Source: Candidatus Uhrbacteria bacterium
GTDB lineage: Bacteria; Patescibacteriota; Patescibacteriia; UBA9934; GWF2-40-263
NCBI GenBank assembly: GCA_026395055.1
Contig: JAPLZK010000003.1
Span: 278,379-342,378, forward strand
Direction: 5' to 3'
Length of the DNA: 64,000 nucleotides
This document shows, piece after piece, positions 9,514 to 17,723 of this stretch. A program made the position numbers and the translations under genes. The notes below the pieces were generated by a model, which saw only the letters and a program-made list of their open reading frames with translations, ran no database searches and had not been told where the DNA came from. Position 1 is the stretch's first letter; each line of letters opens with the position of its first letter.

Positions 9514-9650
9514 CCGCCCCGCGCGGCAGCGGGGCACAAATTATTCTCAATCGTCCATGAAGAATAATTTGTCGAGCAGGGATTTTGGGCGAGCGGAGAA
9601 AGTCCTTTATCCGCCATGGACTTTCAAGAGTGAGCCCAATATTCCTGATC
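9514..9650. other. Highly structured intergenic region (candidate small RNA or processing element)
   Basis: Three consecutive hairpins: GC-rich GCCCCGC/GCGGGGC; AT-rich 12-bp ACAAATTATTCT/AGAATAATTTGT; and nested TTGGGC[...GGAGAAAGTCC...GGACTTTC...]GCCCAA. Confidence 0.25.
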
Positions 9651-9691
9651 TCGGCCCATCGCATACAAGCGAAGAGCGAATCCACATATCA

Positions 9692-9727
9692 CAAATAAAA
9701 AAACACCCATCTTTACAACAGGTGTTT
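9692..9727 (-). terminator. Terminator of the ftsEX operon
   Basis: AAACACC...GGTGTTT hairpin followed by a T-run on the minus strand immediately after the ftsX stop. Confidence 0.5.
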
Positions 9728-9734
9728 CCACTCG

Positions 9735-10649
9735 TTAAACCTTTAAATGTTTTCTCATGGCCAAAGCCGTTGAACCCATAGTCACCACGAGAAGAGCAAG
9801 GAATTGCGCCCCAAAGATCAAAAGCCCATGTTGTTCAAAATACGAGACGAGTCCGGTTGTTCCTGATCCAAAGTATTGATTGAATTTTGGTTCAATGAAC
9901 GCAAGTGTTGGATACACAATGGCGATCACGATGAGAATGGAGAGCAAACTCAGGATAATCGTTTCCACCAAAAATGGCATGCGAATGAAGTTGCTTGAAG
10001 CTCCAACCAATCGCATGATCCCAATTTCTTCACGATGAATGAAAATGGCAACACGGACGGTATTGAAAATGATCAACAAAGCAATGAGAAAGAAAATTGC
10101 AGATAACACGATTCCTCCCGTACGAATTTCGTCTGTTGTTTGTCGGATCTTACTTACAATCGATTGATAATCGGAAAAATCTTTTTGACGAATGGCGTCA
10201 CGGAAGCGTGGATTATCAAGAGCAGCAATGATGGCGTCAAAATCTTTTGCACTATGTGCTTTGATAATAAGTGTGGGACCAAACGGATTTTTTCCAAGCT
10301 CGTCTAGGGAACTTAAGATTGCCTGATCTCCCGCGTGACGTTGTTTAAAGGCAACAAGCGCGTCATCTGCATAAATCTCTTGAACATCTTTTACTTGTGG
10401 AAGCGTTCGAAGATACGTCAAGGCATCCGTGACTTTTGCCGGATCTGCATTCTCATTGAAATAAACCGAGACCTCAATGCGATTTTCTACAAAAGAAATA
10501 GCCTGATCTGTCACACGATTCAACACGAGCAAAATATTGATGGTAAGCAAGGTTAACACCAACATACTGATGGTGATAACCGAAAGCCAAATATTGCGCC
10601 AAAAATTCTGGAAGGCAAATTTAATGATGCGGTAGGTAGAAGTCAGCAT
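9735..10649 (-). CDS. ftsX: Cell division ABC transporter permease FtsX
   Basis: FtsX-like N-terminal TM, periplasmic domain and C-terminal 3-TM bundle. Adjacent to ftsE. Confidence 0.85.
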   Translation of the reverse strand: MLTSTYRIIKFAFQNFWRNIWLSVITISMLVLTLLTINILLVLNRVTDQAISFVENRIEVSVYFNENADPAKVTDALTYLRTLPQVKDVQEIYADDALVAFKQRHAGDQAILSSLDELGKNPFGPTLIIKAHSAKDFDAIIAALDNPRFRDAIRQKDFSDYQSIVSKIRQTTDEIRTGGIVLSAIFFLIALLIIFNTVRVAIFIHREEIGIMRLVGASSNFIRMPFLVETIILSLLSILIVIAIVYPTLAFIEPKFNQYFGSGTTGLVSYFEQHGLLIFGAQFLALLVVTMGSTALAMRKHLKV

Positions 10650-10654
10650 AGCTT

Positions 10655-11337
10655 CTATAATTTATAACGTCCTTCTTCAACGTCAGAGACAATCTTTCCT
10701 CCGTCGAGCGTAATCACGCGACGTTTCAATCGATTCACAATTTCGTGATCATGTGTCACAAGCACAACCGTGGTTCCAAATTCATTGATCTTTTTGAGAA
10801 GCTCGAGAATATCTCTACTGTTTAGGGTGTCTAGATTCCCCGTTGGTTCATCTGCAACAAGAATCTTTGGTTGATGTACAAGCGCACGTGCAATCGCAAC
10901 ACGTTGTTGCTCACCACCCGAGAGTTGTTGAGGGAACCTATGTGACTTGTCGTCAAGACCCACAATAGAGAGCACACGTGGAACAACTTCTCTTACACGT
11001 ACAGATGGAATTCCTGCAACCTGAAGAGCAAACGCGACGTTTTCGTAAACGGTTTTCTTTTGCAGTAACTTAAAATCTTGAAAGACCACACCAATCTGAC
11101 GGCGTAATAACGGAACATCATTCGGACTAATTTTTGTAATATCCCACCCACCAATTTCAACCGTCCCCTTTGAAGGACGTTCTTCCGCAAAGAGTAATTT
11201 GGCAAGTGTACTCTTCCCTGTTCCGCTTTGTCCGACAATGGAAATAAACTCTCCGGGTTCAACACGAAGATTCACGGTATCCAATCCAATCACATCGGGC
11301 GGATAAAATTTGGAAACGTTTTTGAAATGAATCATGT
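10655..11337 (-). CDS. ftsE: Cell division ABC transporter ATP-binding protein FtsE
   Basis: Walker A GQSGTGKST, ABC signature LSGGEQQRVAIARAL, Walker B ILVADEPT. Start at MIHFKNVSKFY. Confidence 0.85.
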
Positions 11338-11399
11338 AAAAAGTTACAGGGCTCGATAAAATGTCGATGACGTCATCGACAGACCACGAAAACTGAACG

Positions 11400-11756
11400 T
11401 TATTGGAGAAGCTGAACACGAACCGGAACGGTTCCCGTTGATAAAGAGGCGATCTTTTTGAACGCCATCTTATCAAGATCAATGATGCGCTCAGGATGTT
11501 TCTTGCTGTTTGGTCCGTAGTCATTCACGCGTACAGTGACAGACTTTGTTGGATCATCTGTGCGCGAGACAACAAGATACGATCCTTTTGGATACAACGT
11601 GGAGGCGGCGCAGTTACATCCTTTGTAGGCATACCATGTTGCGAAACCCTGTTCTTGTGCAGGAAGAACCTTTGCGAGAAGTTCTTTTGGATGCGCAAAG
11701 AACGAAAACAGAAGCACAAGTGTAGTAATGGACACGAGAAATTCCTTTTTTATCAT
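11400..11756 (-). CDS. RlpA-like (septal ring lytic transglycosylase, DPBB domain) lipoprotein
   Basis: GFATWYAY...VTVRVNDYGP...RIIDLDKMAFKKIA matches the RlpA double-psi beta-barrel signature. N-terminal signal/TM. Confidence 0.7.
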   Translation of the reverse strand: MIKKEFLVSITTLVLLFSFFAHPKELLAKVLPAQEQGFATWYAYKGCNCAASTLYPKGSYLVVSRTDDPTKSVTVRVNDYGPNSKKHPERIIDLDKMAFKKIASLSTGTVPVRVQLLQ

Positions 11757-11887
11757 AGAGTTCAACCATGCATATCATACCTGGCCAAACAGAATTCGAC
11801 AAATGATTGCATGCAACGGATCTTGACGAATCATACAATTATGATAATCTTCTTTTCTTCCGTGAGACACACGGTTGTGGAGATAAA

Positions 11888-12271
11888 ATGAAGACCAAAG
11901 AATATTTCGGTCCACCAATCGATCACCCGGGTCAACACCTCAAGGCAACCTGGCACGGAAAACTCGACCAGCAATCCAACGACATTCAACAAGGCATTCA
12001 CATGCTTCGTACGGGATGGGACTGGTCAAGAGCCCCCCTTCCAGACACACTCGAATTCAAGTTCGATGACAATATGACGGTGAAGGGTGCGCCATTCGAA
12101 GGTTACTCATCCTTCAGTCGTCCAGAAAACAAGATCCGTTTCGTGATCGCGGAATGGGATGAACGTATCCTCCGCTTTTACTTCATCGAGATCGCTGGAA
12201 ACGACGTCAAGGTGGATGTGCGCGAAAACCCACCTGATCCTCGCCGAGACGTCCATTTCCCCGCCCCGTAG
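11888..12271 (+). CDS. Hypothetical protein (127 aa)
   Basis: ORF starting MKTKEYFGPP with no recognisable motif. Followed by a terminator. Confidence 0.45.
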   Translation: MKTKEYFGPPIDHPGQHLKATWHGKLDQQSNDIQQGIHMLRTGWDWSRAPLPDTLEFKFDDNMTVKGAPFEGYSSFSRPENKIRFVIAEWDERILRFYFIEIAGNDVKVDVRENPPDPRRDVHFPAP

Positions 12272-12277
12272 CCTCTT

Positions 12278-12301
12278 CCCATCCTTGTGATGGGTTTTTT
12301 T
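12278..12301 (+). terminator. Rho-independent terminator
   Basis: CCCATccttgtgATGGG hairpin followed by a T7 run. Confidence 0.55.
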
Positions 12302-12345
12302 ATCCCTTGAATCTTCAGACGCGTTTTCTTATCATTCCCCCGCGC

Positions 12346-12438
12346 CGATGCAGCTCAGCCCCGACGACACTTCGCGTGTCGGGGAGCCAACATTCAACAA
12401 CAGAAACCATGTTGAATCGTCGGCTTTGGTAAAGCGCA
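12346..12438 (+). other. Degenerate tRNA-like element (pseudo-tRNA?)
   Basis: 5' GCCGATGCAGCTCAG matches the first 15 nt of the downstream tRNA-Thr (14/15). 3' CGTCGGC can pair as an acceptor stem. The middle is replaced by two hairpins (CCCCGAC..GTCGGGG and ATTCAACA..TGTTGAAT). Confidence 0.2.
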
Positions 12439-12450
12439 AAGAAACATTTA

Positions 12451-12526
12451 GCCGATGTAGCTCAGTTGGTAGAGCAATACTTTCGTAAAGTAGAGGTCGC
12501 GGGTTCGAATCCCGCCCTCGGCTCCA
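12451..12526 (+). tRNA. tRNA-Thr (anticodon CGU), CCA encoded
   Basis: GCCGATGTAGCTCAGTTGGTAGAGC... with anticodon loop TTCGTAA and T-arm GCGGGTTCGAATCCCGC. One T:C mismatch in the acceptor stem. Confidence 0.85.
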
Positions 12527-12566
12527 GATAAAAAGAACCGTCACAGAGACGGTTCTTTTTATCTGG
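12524..12566. terminator. Bidirectional terminator: 19-bp perfect palindrome overlapping the tRNA 3' end
   Basis: CCAGATAAAAAGAACCGTC acaga GACGGTTCTTTTTATCTGG, located between tRNA-Thr (+) and the sortase gene (-). Confidence 0.6.
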
Positions 12567-12568
12567 AG

Positions 12569-13210
12569 CTATTGTTTATCTGCGAACACCACAAGTCGCT
12601 TTGGGTATCTTTTCAAAATTCTATTCCAAATCCCTTCACAGGTAATCAAATTCAAGTGTGAGTGATCGTCATTTACCCCAAACACTTCCGGAACGTTCTC
12701 ACTTGCGCTATACGTGCGAGTATCTCGCACAATAAATGTGATCACGCTCCCTTTTTGATCTTCCACAAAAATCTGATCACCCTTTTTCAATGCATCTAAA
12801 TGATTAAAGACGGTTGGAATTCCATTCTTCCAACGACCAAAATGTCCAACCAAGATCGCGCTTCCTATTTCTCCCGGACGTGCAGAAAGATTAAACCAAG
12901 CAGCGTTTGTGGGCCCTTTTGGGACACCAACTTCTCCCAGAATATTCAGACCAACATGTTCAAGCGTGGCATCAACATGAATGCTTGGAATCTTGAGACG
13001 CACCGGAAGATCTGGAACAGCTTGTGTCTTTTGCGTTTCGCCTGAAATGATGATCGCCTGATTCATCGCTGTTGGAATTTGCTTTGCGTAAGAAATCTGA
13101 CGAGGAAGATTAAAGACAATAACCGACAACGAAAAACACGCAACGCTTAGTGCACCAAAAATAAGCAGTGTCCATTTGGATGGAATGGTGAAAGGGCGTC
13201 TCACATTCAT
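12569..13210 (-). CDS. Sortase family transpeptidase
   Basis: N-terminal TM anchor, His motif ILVGH, catalytic LITC (TLxTC), downstream Arg. Confidence 0.75.
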   Translation of the reverse strand: MNVRRPFTIPSKWTLLIFGALSVACFSLSVIVFNLPRQISYAKQIPTAMNQAIIISGETQKTQAVPDLPVRLKIPSIHVDATLEHVGLNILGEVGVPKGPTNAAWFNLSARPGEIGSAILVGHFGRWKNGIPTVFNHLDALKKGDQIFVEDQKGSVITFIVRDTRTYSASENVPEVFGVNDDHSHLNLITCEGIWNRILKRYPKRLVVFADKQ

Positions 13211-13245
13211 AGGACAAAACCAGACAGAAATGTCTGGTTTTAAAA

Positions 13246-13761
13246 TTAATTCAATGGAGCTGTTTCTCCTACGGCTTCATCTGCCACATCTGCATCTGCA
13301 TCCGCTTTGGTTTTGTGAATACGTCCATCAATATGATTTGGTGGGGCGTACGTGGTATAAACTTTCAGATCCGTCTTCCCTGTGTTCCAAAAATTATGTT
13401 CTGTCCCAGGAACAACCACGACAACGTCTCCTGGACCGATAGGAAATTTCTTTCCGTTCAGTTCTGCCTCTCCTGTTCCAGAAAGAAAAAAGAGTGTTTG
13501 TTCTGTGTACGTATGTATTTCTTGACCAATCTCGCCACCTGGCGGAATGCTCATAACGACAAGCTGGCTCTTTTTCCCCGTATACAAGACACGTCGAAAA
13601 TTTTCATTCTCTGCCGTTTCCTTCAGAATATTTGTGTGATAACTCATAGGGATCTTTGCTGCCAAAGACAGAGCGGATGACTCTGTCTTTGGCGTAAACG
13701 GCGTAACGCACCCCACACCAATCAGGGAAAGTCCCGCGAGAAGAATCAGGATGCGATGCAT
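13246..13761 (-). CDS. Cupin-domain lipoprotein
   Basis: Signal peptide with lipobox-like IGVGC. Cupin_2 core GEIGQEIHTY...VVVVPGTEHNFWN. Confidence 0.6.
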   Translation of the reverse strand: MHRILILLAGLSLIGVGCVTPFTPKTESSALSLAAKIPMSYHTNILKETAENENFRRVLYTGKKSQLVVMSIPPGGEIGQEIHTYTEQTLFFLSGTGEAELNGKKFPIGPGDVVVVVPGTEHNFWNTGKTDLKVYTTYAPPNHIDGRIHKTKADADADVADEAVGETAPLN

Positions 13762-13788
13762 AAACAGATTTTATTGAACGAAACCAGG

Positions 13789-15567
13789 CTAAGCGTTCTT
13801 TTGGCGAATTGCGTAAAGTAAGATTCCAACCATGGCTACACTAAAGAGAACGGCGAGTGTCAATGGAGTGTTTGCTTCTGAGAAAATTCCTGTGTTTGGC
13901 AATTTTGGAACGGCTGCAGCAACAACAACTGTTGCGATGGCAAAGTCTCTAACAGAGAGACCATTTGCCCAACCTGTTGCAACGGCTGTGTTTGTTGTGG
14001 TTTGCGCGAGCTTTGATTGACATGTATAGGTCCATGTCTCTGTGGGATCAAGCTGATTATTCTTATTTGTGTCACCAGAAATCATTTTCATTGGCGCACA
14101 CTTGTCATCTGTTAATGTAACGTTGCTCAATGGAACCGTTCCTGGATTCGTAACCTTTTCCGTATAGGTTACCAACCCTCCACCCGCTTTAAGCGCAAGA
14201 GGACTTGGAACTTTTGTCACATGAATGAGTGGTGGAATAATAGGAACACCAACAATCACGGTTGCACTTGCAATATCTGTTGCAGAAAGACCGTTTGCCC
14301 AACCTGTTGCAACGACGTTATTCGTGTGTGTTTCTGTAAGATTTGTTGTACATGTGTAAACCCATGTTTCATTCAGATCGAGTTTTGTATCTCCATTTAC
14401 ATCTCCTGATGAAAGAACAATTGGGCTGCAAGAATCGCCAACCATTGTGACGTTTGTTACAGGAACCGTTCCGATATTTTTAAGCGTATATGTATATAAA
14501 ACAGATCCGGGACCATTTGGTAATGCTAATGGACTTGGAACTTTTACAACGTCAATGAGTGGTGGAACAGGTGGAACAACCACAGGTGCGCCAATATCAT
14601 TGTTTGTGATGACACAGAATTTGTTGTCACCCGGATTCAGGTTCAAATGACCATCTGATGTACAGTCACCCGAAAATGTAGCTGTATAGTTTGCGTTCGA
14701 TGTTTCGGAAATATTGAAAATACGACCAGTTGTTGGAAAGTTAGTAGTTGCACCAGATGCAACAGGTCCACCATCCACAAACAACGGAAAATCAGAAACC
14801 TTTTTCGTACCTCCATTGTCATTGATCACGATTTTTACAACGTTAATATTCCCTGTTCCTGGACCCGCTTGAACAGGTGTTGTGCACGTAGGTCCGGTGA
14901 TTGTATTGTGAATCATTGTAACATCTCCTGTTCCACCAAATACCAACGCACGACCGTTCAAGGTTGTCCCACTGGTATCAAAGTGAACACCAGAACCTGC
15001 AAGAATTGTTCCGACGAATGAACTTCCGTTAATTGTTGCCAATGTTTGAACATCCCAAAAGACATCACACGCCCTTGCTCCGTTTTGCAAATCGATGGAT
15101 CCTGAAGAAATAAAGTCACTAGAAGCTCTGAAGATATACACCCCCGGACCATTCAAGTGAAGGATTCCACCGTTTAATCGTCCAGCTCCGATGTCATAAA
15201 CACCTGTTGTAAGTGTTAATCCATCAAGAGCAGGTCCGATGCTGGCTGTTGAACCCTGACTCAAAATATTTCCGTCTGCTGTACCAGCGTTTGCATGAGC
15301 TGTTATAGCGGTAGAATCATTGTTGTGCGTTGTTCCTCCTACGGTAAGTGTTCCTGCATCTGCAATAGAGGTCCCTGGTGAAACACCAACATCTCCAGAG
15401 AGAGATGAGATACCTGCGTTCGTTACACTTGCTGAACCAAGAACGGAAAACGTTGCCGCGCCACCTAATCCTGGATCTGAAGCCGCCAATGCGGTCATTG
15501 GGCCCATGAAACTCACAGCTGACGCAAAAGCCAGCAAGCCTCAAGAGGCTTTACGAAATAAATTCAT
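13789..15567 (-). CDS. LPXTG cell-wall-anchored surface protein (DUF3494/ice-binding-like N-domain plus two DUF11-like repeats); in-frame TGA in the signal peptide
   Basis: C-terminal LPNTG, then a hydrophobic TM and an RQKNA tail. N-terminal SVTNAG...GDVGVSPGTSI motif typical of DUF3494. An upstream in-frame ATG gives MNLFRKAS-TGA-GLLAFASAVSFMGPMTALAASD. The uninterrupted ORF runs 13789..15537 from a TTG. Confidence 0.7.
13933..14590. repeat. Two tandem copies of an about 325-bp intragenic repeat (about 108-aa DUF11-like domain) in the LPXTG gene
   Basis: Protein segments ...VTKVPSPLAL...GTVP..NVT...D.C.P......GD.N....LD..ETW.YTC...L...T.N..VATGWANGLS... occur twice. The DNA copies are clearly similar. 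Confidence 0.7.
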
Positions 15568-15680
15568 AGATTGTGATGAACGAATTATTATTACAATTAT
15601 AAAATTAAATTGTATATTACGAATAAGTATACTCTTCATTTCAGAAAACAAATACCCCACACATCGTGCGGGGTATTTGT

Positions 15681-16784
15681 TTAGATCTTGATCAGCGTCT
15701 TTACAGAAACGTTCGCCAAATAATCTGCGACCACTTGATCCAACGTCTTTTTTGGAACGGTGATGGTGTACAAATGTAATTGCTCGTCTGTCGGTGCCGC
15801 TTTTGGATCCGCCTTCTTTCCTTTTGCTTCTTGTGACTTGATACGATCTGTTACCTTAAAGATGGCGTATCCTTGTGGAAGATCAATGACATCTGTCACC
15901 TTTCCACTTTCCAAATCAGCCACTTTACTTCCCCAGGCTTCTGGTAAGTCTGATTTTTTCACAAACCCTAAATCACTCTTTAAATCAATTTTTACACGAC
16001 CATGAACTTCTGTTCCGACTTTCTCAAAATCCTCCCCACCTGTTGTGACACGTGTATGCGCCGCATTGATTTCGTCGCGGAGAGGTTTTTGAAAATAGTC
16101 ACTTGCGGCAATATAATCACTCACTTCTGTGGAAAGAACGATAGGTTCTACCACATGCTGTTTAAATTCTGGAATGGTCCAGCCAAACGTTTCTTTGATC
16201 TTCTGTTCAATGTCCCCTGGAGCTTGACCTGCATTTGACTGAAGAAAATTCTGATAAAACGCTTCAACTTTGTTTTGATCTAGACTTAGTCCGTAGTTTG
16301 AAGCAAGGGTTTTTACAACCGCTTTGTTTGAAAGCGTTTGAACGATCATGGTGTGAAGTTGTTCGTCTGTTGGAGCAGGGCTTCCCGCAGATGCGGAAGA
16401 GGCAAAATATTTCTTCAATGAATCTTGTTCGCTGTAAAATTCTTTATACGTAATAACACTTCTTCCAACCATAATGGCTGGAAACGGCAAGCGCATCGTC
16501 AATGCTTGAACGGTTTTGTCTGTGGAGGCATGTGTATAAACAAATGCGCTCAACGCTCCTGTTACAAGAACAGCAGCACCAATAATTCCGAGCGCAATAT
16601 GATGTGTACGATTTTTTTTCTTTGTGACAACAGGTTCCACAGGAAGCGTTGTTTCTGGAACAATCAAATGTTCGTCTGATTGATCTGTTGTGCACATGTC
16701 TGCATCTGTACAAATATGATCATTGTCAGCAGTTGTTACGTCTGAACCGGATTCGATCATCGTTTCTTCTTGTTCATTCATCAT
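15681..16784 (-). CDS. Parvulin-type peptidyl-prolyl isomerase (SurA/PrsA-like), membrane anchored
   Basis: N-terminal TM. PpiC domain GGEDFEKVGTEV...LGFVKKSDLPEAWGSKV...GYAIFKVTDR. Confidence 0.65.
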   Translation of the reverse strand: MMNEQEETMIESGSDVTTADNDHICTDADMCTTDQSDEHLIVPETTLPVEPVVTKKKNRTHHIALGIIGAAVLVTGALSAFVYTHASTDKTVQALTMRLPFPAIMVGRSVITYKEFYSEQDSLKKYFASSASAGSPAPTDEQLHTMIVQTLSNKAVVKTLASNYGLSLDQNKVEAFYQNFLQSNAGQAPGDIEQKIKETFGWTIPEFKQHVVEPIVLSTEVSDYIAASDYFQKPLRDEINAAHTRVTTGGEDFEKVGTEVHGRVKIDLKSDLGFVKKSDLPEAWGSKVADLESGKVTDVIDLPQGYAIFKVTDRIKSQEAKGKKADPKAAPTDEQLHLYTITVPKKTLDQVVADYLANVSVKTLIKI

Positions 16785-17236
16785 AGAGATTGTGCATCAC
16801 GATAAGCTTGTTTATTGAAGAAGTAATACCACCACTTTGAGGAGTTTGCAAGCGGTTTTTGCGCAACGTTCGCTTGCACTCCGTCATCTGCTTGCTGATT
16901 TTTGGAAGATTCTGTGTTTGCTCCTGTCCCCGTCTGTTCATTTCTTAAGATAACAAGTGATTCTCCGGGTTTTTTGAGCCCAAGCTTTAATCGTGCTTCA
17001 CGTTCCGCATAAGATTCCGTCTGTACAGCGGTCTTGAGATCTCCAATAGCTAAATGCTGCGTCTGAAGCGATTGAGATTGCTTTTGAAGAGCTTGGATCT
17101 GCTCTGCAATGTCATGACTGTGAATCATTTCTCTCACAAATGAAAATCCAACCACAAGAATCAACAAAACATTCACGATGTAAAACCATCGTGTGTGAAA
17201 TAATCGAACAAATCCGTGTGAAGAAGGCTTAGTCAT
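16781..17236 (-). CDS. Septum formation initiator family protein (FtsB/DivIC/FtsL-like)
   Basis: Single TM, coiled coil, and conserved ESYAEREARLKLGLKKPGE motif. Confidence 0.6.
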   Translation of the reverse strand: MTKPSSHGFVRLFHTRWFYIVNVLLILVVGFSFVREMIHSHDIAEQIQALQKQSQSLQTQHLAIGDLKTAVQTESYAEREARLKLGLKKPGESLVILRNEQTGTGANTESSKNQQADDGVQANVAQKPLANSSKWWYYFFNKQAYRDAQSL

Positions 17237-17723
17237 GCAGGGTTTTACGAAGATCATTCAACAGATCTTGTACACGTGAAGGGTTACGAATATGTCGAAA
17301 TGATAAGTCCGCTGCCGTTCCGTGTAACTTCACCATCACAGTTCCATATCCGAACACGGTCGAGAAAATCCCATGCATACGATAACTCACTTCGTCGATG
17401 TGATCAAAACCAGACTCCGTAACTACACGGTCAAAGAACCCTCGTTGATCAATATCGATGACGCGATGATCTGTAATCACAAAGAGCGTATGCGACCACG
17501 CACGAAATGTTCGCCAAAACAGAAAGATCCCAGACAAGACGAGAAGAAAAAACCCAATCGTTCCAAGGGCTCCCATGCGAAATAATGGGTACAGAAAAAA
17601 GAATGGAACCAAAAACCAGATCGCATACAAAAACAAGATACCACTCTTTGGCACCAATGATTCACGAACGATCATCAAGATCTCTTCGTTTGGTTTTGGA
17701 TGAATCAGGTCTTTTAACTTCAT
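17229..17723 (-). CDS. Bacterial PH-domain (bPH_2/YdbT-like) membrane protein
   Basis: Two TM helices followed by a PH-like domain (ITDHRVIDIDQRGFFDRVV...). ATGA overlap with the upstream Mur ligase gene. Confidence 0.55.
   Translation of the reverse strand: MKLKDLIHPKPNEEILMIVRESLVPKSGILFLYAIWFLVPFFFLYPLFRMGALGTIGFFLLVLSGIFLFWRTFRAWSHTLFVITDHRVIDIDQRGFFDRVVTESGFDHIDEVSYRMHGIFSTVFGYGTVMVKLHGTAADLSFRHIRNPSRVQDLLNDLRKTLHD

Noticed and set aside
9572-9650. GGAGAAAGUCC motif resembling the RNase P RNA P4 strand (GGAAAGUCCGG)
   Set aside because: The complementary GGACUUUC lies only about 20 nt away, forming a local hairpin. The region is far too short, and no matching P4 3' strand is present.
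8621-9781. 386-aa plus-strand ORF spanning the tRNA-Gln region
   Set aside because: It runs antisense through the 3' end of the histidine phosphatase gene and straight through the tRNA, terminators and hairpins. There is no SD and the product is low-complexity. It is an artefact of the open frame.
15541-15543. Genome-wide TGA recoding (code 4/25) as the explanation for the TGA inside the adhesin signal peptide
   Set aside because: Long housekeeping ORFs (purA, pyrG, murD, tdk and others) are intact under the standard code, and several end in TGA. A global reassignment would not fit this.
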